From assembly GCA_963663965.2 (NCBI GenBank), contig CAXXFK010000030.1, positions 1 through 64,000 on the forward strand: a stretch of 64,000 nt of DNA, read 5' to 3'. The DNA comes from Sedimentisphaerales bacterium (GTDB lineage: Bacteria > Planctomycetota > Phycisphaerae > Sedimentisphaerales > SM23-30). Positions 58,824 to 64,000 of this stretch are shown here, piece after piece; the first letter of the stretch is position 1, and every line of letters begins with the position of its first letter. Made by a program: the position numbers and the translations under genes. The notes beneath the pieces are model-generated. The model ran no database searches. It saw only the letters and a list, made by a program, of their open reading frames with translations, and was not told where the DNA came from.

Positions 58824-60152
58824 TCAGGAGTTTTCGCCTGGTTTGGCGCGCTCGAGCCATTCATCGAGGAGTGCTTTGTTTTCGCGAAGAAACCGGACGG
58901 GTTTGGTGTTGCGGGGGGTGATCATGCCGGCGGGCGACAGGATGAGCCAATCCGTGAGCTGGTTGACGGGATGCCGGCCGCGATCCCCCAGTTTCATGTT
59001 TTGAATATTGAATGGATTGCATTCCAGGGTCGCATCGATTTCGTTGTCATAGAGATCATTCACGGAAAACCACATATGTTCCAGGTCGTCTGGACCGCCA
59101 TTATCGATGGGATACCCGATTTTAATCAGGGGTTGAAATCCGTAGGGCAGGAATTCCCGGGTATAGGTTCTATAAGCGTGATACGTTGCCCGGGCCCGTT
59201 CGGCCATCATTAAGGACGCGGCGTGAGAAAATTGAATCAGGCCTTCATCTTCGAAGGGTTGGGACAGGAATTTTGACGGGATGATTTTTCTGGATCGGAA
59301 GAACGCAAAGCCTCTTTGAGGTTCACACGCAACGGATCGTTTGGCGGAATGATATTCATCATGATCCCGCAGGCCGGTGAATGACTTTTCAGCGTTCGAC
59401 TGAAAATCGGCCGCCGGTACCAGGCGAATCGGTTTGTTATGGGCCAGCGAGAATTTATCCGTATTGGGTTTGAGGTTGCCTTCGATAATGGCAAAGATTA
59501 AAGACCTTAAGACATCTTTGGCGCGACCGGTCACGTCTTCTGAAGGCCGCAGGATGTCGATATCAAAGAATCCGATCTCGGCCAGGCCATGGGAATGGAG
59601 CCAGTTTACCGGAGTATTGGAATTATCGTCCTTTTCGTTGTCTGATTCCGCATGGACGGCATGCCAGTGAATGATATGATCGACATCCAGGTCGGCGTTG
59701 TGGGCCACTTCTTCAGCCAGCGCCTGGGGCGACCAGATGGACCGGGCCAGCAGGTCTATAGCCCCCAGTCCATCCTGTCCCATGATGGCGTGCATGAAGC
59801 GCAAGGCGCATTTCCGATCATGCAGGATGTTATTTTTCTGCGAATTCATCGATAGCGACAGCCAGTGTCCGGCGCGCGAGACTTCCTGTCGTTCCAGATC
59901 GGTTAACGACACCACCTGCTCGACCAGGCTTCGAAGGGGGGGGCTGGTTTTTTGCGGGCAAAATAAAGTCGCGCGACCCCATTCGGAATGATTCAGTTCG
60001 AGAGCCCAGCGATGGGGATGTTCCGGCCGAGCGGGTTTGAGTTCGATACAGTTTTGAGTTAGAAACTGAAAATCTTCCGGACGGGCCGGCAAAGATCCGG
60101 GAAACAGCAGGCCGCCCATAAACGGCACAGGTTTTTTAAAAAGGTCAAACAC
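58824..60152 (-). CDS. DUF4026/DUF2314-like protein
   Basis: WLHSHGL, EHMWF, LECNP, LTDWLI. Confidence 0.7.
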   Translation of the reverse strand: MFDLFKKPVPFMGGLLFPGSLPARPEDFQFLTQNCIELKPARPEHPHRWALELNHSEWGRATLFCPQKTSPPLRSLVEQVVSLTDLERQEVSRAGHWLSLSMNSQKNNILHDRKCALRFMHAIMGQDGLGAIDLLARSIWSPQALAEEVAHNADLDVDHIIHWHAVHAESDNEKDDNSNTPVNWLHSHGLAEIGFFDIDILRPSEDVTGRAKDVLRSLIFAIIEGNLKPNTDKFSLAHNKPIRLVPAADFQSNAEKSFTGLRDHDEYHSAKRSVACEPQRGFAFFRSRKIIPSKFLSQPFEDEGLIQFSHAASLMMAERARATYHAYRTYTREFLPYGFQPLIKIGYPIDNGGPDDLEHMWFSVNDLYDNEIDATLECNPFNIQNMKLGDRGRHPVNQLTDWLILSPAGMITPRNTKPVRFLRENKALLDEWLERAKPGENS

Positions 60153-60260
60153 AATGAATTCCTCCTGACTCAGGGTACCTCATATCGATTAAGTTACTTG
60201 TTTTTTTGCTATCGTAGTCCGCTTTGAGGCGTACACGCCTGCCAAATTGCCAACGGGGAT

Positions 60261-62180
60261 TTATGGCAAAGGTGCGGACCATTCCAGTACCGATTTTGCG
60301 GGGATGACGGGCGTCTGGGTGACGCCGGGCGGGGTCATCAGGATTGGCAACCGAATGGATTGGTTGGGCTCGAGCCGGACTTCAAAGCCGATCATGATGG
60401 TGTTGGGATTGGGTTCGTCATAATCTGCTTTCGGCTCGGTGGAATAGGTCGTCAACCTGGCCGGGAGGTCGCCCAGCAATTGAAATGCCATGGTTTTGCC
60501 ATTTAGTTTTAAATCGGCGTTGAGATCGTCTTTGATAGCCACCTGGGCCGGGGTGGCCATGGCCCAGCGGATGGAGGCGGGTTTATCGAGAGCGGTTATT
60601 TCATCCTGAATCAGAATCTGGCCGGTAGGCAGTAAGGCGGCTCCGCGCAGGGCTTTCTCGAGCTGACCGAGATAGACATTGGACATATCCATAACGGCAT
60701 GATTAAAAGGTTTGTCGTTGCTGAAGCGGGTAAACGAGGCTTTGCCGGAGACAATTTGGTGTTGGCCGTTTACCACGAGCGTATTATGTGACAGATTGTT
60801 GTAGCGGAATATTGCCCAGCGTTGCGCATCCTGGCCCATGGCCCAGAGGTTCATGCCGAGGGTTTCGATTTTGTTATAGTCTTCGGGGCCAAGATCCACT
60901 GCCCAGCGCTGGCCGGCGGCGTCCAGCACAAACGAGCCGACGTCCATGTGACCGTGTGAAACCGAAGGTGAACCAGCTTTAATGGCCAGCCAGGTGGCGT
61001 TGTTGTCGGTCCAGTTTGTGCGAAACATGGCCACGGGAGTCTGTCCCCGGCCCATCCAGCCCAGCGATTGAGGGGGTGTCGCTTTATCGCCCGCCCAGAT
61101 CAATGCCAGGGGAGCCGTTCGATCGTTGGCAAATTCACTGGTTTTATTGGGAAAACGGCTTGAGACATAACGGTGCTGCATCCAAGCCATTGTGGGATCG
61201 TTGTAATGATGTGCGAACCAGAAAACCGCCGGAGTAAAACCCACCTTGGAGCCGCTGTCGGGGTAATTGAAGTATTGGCGGAATGGTCCGGTGACATTAT
61301 TCAGGTAGACTGCGGCATGGGAAAAACCCTGTTTGTCAGAGAGGCCGAAATCGGTTCCCAGCGCGGATTCGAGCGCGGCCAGCAGCATAACATTATAAGT
61401 CGTACCATACACCCAGTAGCCAGGGCCTTCGGGATAGGCGCCATCCGGTTCGTAGAGTTCCATAACAGTCTGAACATTATTGACAGCGCGATGTACGATC
61501 TCGCGAGCGAGTTGCCCCTGATCTTCCAGAATGGCCAGGGCGCCCATGGTCATACCACTATGGCAGACCTGGTTCCAGTTGTTACGGCCGCGTACAAACC
61601 AGTTGTAGCGGGCGTCAAAGGAGGGTTTGAGGCCTTTTTCCAGGATGGCATCGGCAATTGATTGGCGGCTGGCCGGATCCAGTTCAGGGTACAGCCAGTC
61701 ATAACCGAGCGCCAGGGCGGCCGTCATTTCGGCGACATCGAGGAAGTGGCTGGGATTCCAATTGGTAAATTCGGCGGCGGCGAGCATTTCCTGTTCGCAT
61801 CGGTTCAGAAAGCGGCGATCATCGGTCATGCGCCAGGCATAGCTGAGCAGCATGGTCCTGCGCAGGCATTCGCGCGAGACCGAGAGTAAGCGCCGGCCGG
61901 TCACAACCCTTTTTAGGGGGGGCTGGTCGATGAGCCGTTCCGCCCCGGCAATCAGCGCGTCGTGGATTCCGGTCAGCATTTGATCGGATTTGATTTTCTG
62001 TTTTAAAGTGGTTAATTGGGGCTCGGTCAGGAACAGGCGGGGGTGATTGGGAATGGGTTTCTCGAAAGCCGCATTAACCGTTTCTTCTGAAATTTTTATG
62101 ATTTTTGCGGTCGTAACGTTGCTGGTTAATGTCAGAGCGAAAATAAGACCGATGAGTGATAATAGAGTTTTCATAGTCAA
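60261..62180 (-). CDS. Secreted heparinase II/III-like polysaccharide lyase
   Basis: HPRLF, HFLDVAE, NNWNQVC, EGPGYW, HGHMDVGSF, HNTL. Confidence 0.85.
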   Translation of the reverse strand: MTMKTLLSLIGLIFALTLTSNVTTAKIIKISEETVNAAFEKPIPNHPRLFLTEPQLTTLKQKIKSDQMLTGIHDALIAGAERLIDQPPLKRVVTGRRLLSVSRECLRRTMLLSYAWRMTDDRRFLNRCEQEMLAAAEFTNWNPSHFLDVAEMTAALALGYDWLYPELDPASRQSIADAILEKGLKPSFDARYNWFVRGRNNWNQVCHSGMTMGALAILEDQGQLAREIVHRAVNNVQTVMELYEPDGAYPEGPGYWVYGTTYNVMLLAALESALGTDFGLSDKQGFSHAAVYLNNVTGPFRQYFNYPDSGSKVGFTPAVFWFAHHYNDPTMAWMQHRYVSSRFPNKTSEFANDRTAPLALIWAGDKATPPQSLGWMGRGQTPVAMFRTNWTDNNATWLAIKAGSPSVSHGHMDVGSFVLDAAGQRWAVDLGPEDYNKIETLGMNLWAMGQDAQRWAIFRYNNLSHNTLVVNGQHQIVSGKASFTRFSNDKPFNHAVMDMSNVYLGQLEKALRGAALLPTGQILIQDEITALDKPASIRWAMATPAQVAIKDDLNADLKLNGKTMAFQLLGDLPARLTTYSTEPKADYDEPNPNTIMIGFEVRLEPNQSIRLPILMTPPGVTQTPVIPAKSVLEWSAPLP

Positions 62181-62339
62181 GATCCTTAATTTACCTTAAA
62201 TGAGCCATGTAATTGAAATAACAACGCTACGGTGTCAATTTTATTGCCAGATAATTCACGGTTGCGGAGGGCGGGGCGGTGAGGTAAGATAGTAACCCGT
62301 AAAGTTCGTATGTGAACATCAATTTGCGCGGAGATTGTT

Positions 62340-62879
62340 ATGGACTTGTTTGAAGCGATACAAAAGCGGCACAGTTATCGGGGCGAATTCCGATTGCAGC
62401 GGATACCCCGTGAGGACTTGCAGAAAATTGTTCAGGCCGGATTGCAGGCGCCATCGGGGAAAAACTGTCAGACGACGGAATTTGTGATTATAGACGATAC
62501 GGATATTATCGCCAAGATCCGGTCGATGCATCCGACCAATAAAGCCATGCAGCAGGCGGCGGCGTATATTGCGTGTATTGTCAACGTTGACGCACCGGAA
62601 ACCTACGAGGGTTTTTCGTTTGAGATTGAAGATTGTGCGGCCGCGGTAGAGAATATGCTGCTGGCAATCACGGCGCTGGGTTATGCCAGCGTGTGGGTGG
62701 ATGGCTGGTTGCGACTGGAAGGCCGGGCCGGAGAAATTGGTAAGGAGATCGGATTACCCGTGGGGAAAATTATCCGGATTATATTGCCGGTGGGCGTGCC
62801 GACTGAGCAGCGCAGTCAGCCGGAGAAGAAGCCGTTTGAGGAGCGGGCCTGGTTTAACCGCTATCGCGATCTGCCTTAA
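62340..62879 (+). CDS. Nitroreductase family protein
   Basis: RHSYR, APSGKN, ENMLLAITALGYASVW. Confidence 0.9.
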   Translation: MDLFEAIQKRHSYRGEFRLQRIPREDLQKIVQAGLQAPSGKNCQTTEFVIIDDTDIIAKIRSMHPTNKAMQQAAAYIACIVNVDAPETYEGFSFEIEDCAAAVENMLLAITALGYASVWVDGWLRLEGRAGEIGKEIGLPVGKIIRIILPVGVPTEQRSQPEKKPFEERAWFNRYRDLP

Positions 62880-62891
62880 TGGAAACAAAAA

Positions 62892-62926
62892 AAACAGGCC
62901 GGCAATAATACCAGCCTGTTCTTTTT
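62892..62926. terminator. Bidirectional terminator
   Basis: AACAGGC.GG...CCAGCCTGTT between convergent genes. Confidence 0.65.
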
Positions 62927-62929
62927 ATA

Positions 62930-64000
62930 TTATTCTGCGATGCAGTAAAGGGATTTTTTGCCTTTGAGATAGAGTTCGTTGCCCACGATTACAGGCGAGC
63001 AATCGATACGGTCGTCCAGTTGGTTGAGAGCAAGCACTTCAAGTTTGTCTGAATTTTTAATTACGCAGGTGGCGCCGTTGCGTCCAATGAAATAGACGCG
63101 TCCGGCAGCGGCGGCGGGAGAGGCGTACACGCCTTGCAGGCCGTCAAGATTTTGCTTTTGATAGTAGTTCTGGCCGGTTTGGGCGTTATAACAACTGACG
63201 ACATTGTTGTTACTGGTGAGAACATAGAGTTTATCTTGATAGAGCAAAGGGGAAGGAACATAAGGTGTGGCGGTATTGACTTCCCAGGCGATGGCGTCGG
63301 TACCAGTCAGATCACCAGCATGGCCGAGTTTGATCGCTTGCAGTTTACTGCCTCGATATCCGCTGGTGCAGAAGACCATATTGAATCCGGCAACGGGCGT
63401 TGGAATCACATTGTCGGTCTGGCCACCGCATTCCCAGATCACGTTGCCGTTGGCCGGATCGTAGGCACGAGTCAGGTTGGTGCATGCGACAACGATTTGA
63501 GGTTTGCCATTGGCTTCGACAATAAACGGGGTCGTCCAGGAGGTTCGTTCGTCGCGACTTTGACGCCAGATTGGGTCACCGGTGATTTTATTAAAGGCGG
63601 CGATAAAGGAATCGCCTTCATGATCACAAAGAATAATCAATTTGTCATCAACCAGAGTGGCCGAGCCGCCTTCGCCAAATCCGGCGCGGATCGTCATTTG
63701 GGGTAATTCCTTGCTCCATTTAATGTTACCCTCCATATCGAGACAATAGAGACCGCGTGAACCGAAGTTGGCCCAGATCAATTTGCCGTCGGTAACCGGT
63801 GAGTAGGAGACGAAACCATGGTCGTTATGGTGGCCTTCGTGAGGCAGGACTTCGGTGACGGTTTTTTCCCAGACAGGCTGACCGTTGGCACGATTGAGGC
63901 AGACGACATTGAATTGATAAATATTGGTTGGCTTGCCTCCACCCATCCCGCCTCGTCTGCCGGAATTCTGGGAAGGTTGTGGCTGGGCCGTTGCTCCCTG
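62930..64000 (-). CDS. PQQ-like beta-propeller protein (5' end beyond the window)
   Basis: SPVTDG, SWTTP, PYVPSP, YASP repeats. Confidence 0.85.
   Translation of the reverse strand, partial: QGATAQPQPSQNSGRRGGMGGGKPTNIYQFNVVCLNRANGQPVWEKTVTEVLPHEGHHNDHGFVSYSPVTDGKLIWANFGSRGLYCLDMEGNIKWSKELPQMTIRAGFGEGGSATLVDDKLIILCDHEGDSFIAAFNKITGDPIWRQSRDERTSWTTPFIVEANGKPQIVVACTNLTRAYDPANGNVIWECGGQTDNVIPTPVAGFNMVFCTSGYRGSKLQAIKLGHAGDLTGTDAIAWEVNTATPYVPSPLLYQDKLYVLTSNNNVVSCYNAQTGQNYYQKQNLDGLQGVYASPAAAAGRVYFIGRNGATCVIKNSDKLEVLALNQLDDRIDCSPVIVGNELYLKGKKSLYCIAE

Overview
Bacterial chromosomal window, most likely from a planctomycete of the Phycisphaerae/Sedimentisphaerales type. This is inferred from the dockerin-like ADLNGD..VD..DF...W tails, the FGE-sulfatase paralogues, a Tat sulfatase, a PEP-CTERM protein and a PQQ-like propeller. 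The backbone carries serC with DUF1015, aceE, a phospholipid trio, a sigma54 two-component pair, rhaM and several secreted polysaccharide enzymes. Accessory DNA is interspersed: an intact IS630, a RAYT-type HUH transposase inside ~28-bp inverted repeats, REP palindromes, MITEs, an orphan HINT-toxin/immunity cassette and an AT-rich three-gene HEPN module. The most striking feature is a 2.46-kb integrase-less islet (32310-34771) bounded by a 37-bp direct repeat of a host gene's 3' end. It holds a GxxExxY nuclease gene and a decayed copy of that gene's 5' end. Each copy is preceded by an inverted-repeat-bounded segment, and the two segments lie in opposite orientations. The segment before the intact gene carries a promoter facing it, suggesting an invertible promoter switch. 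No rRNA, tRNA or CRISPR array was seen. All calls come from reading motifs by eye; no database searches were run.
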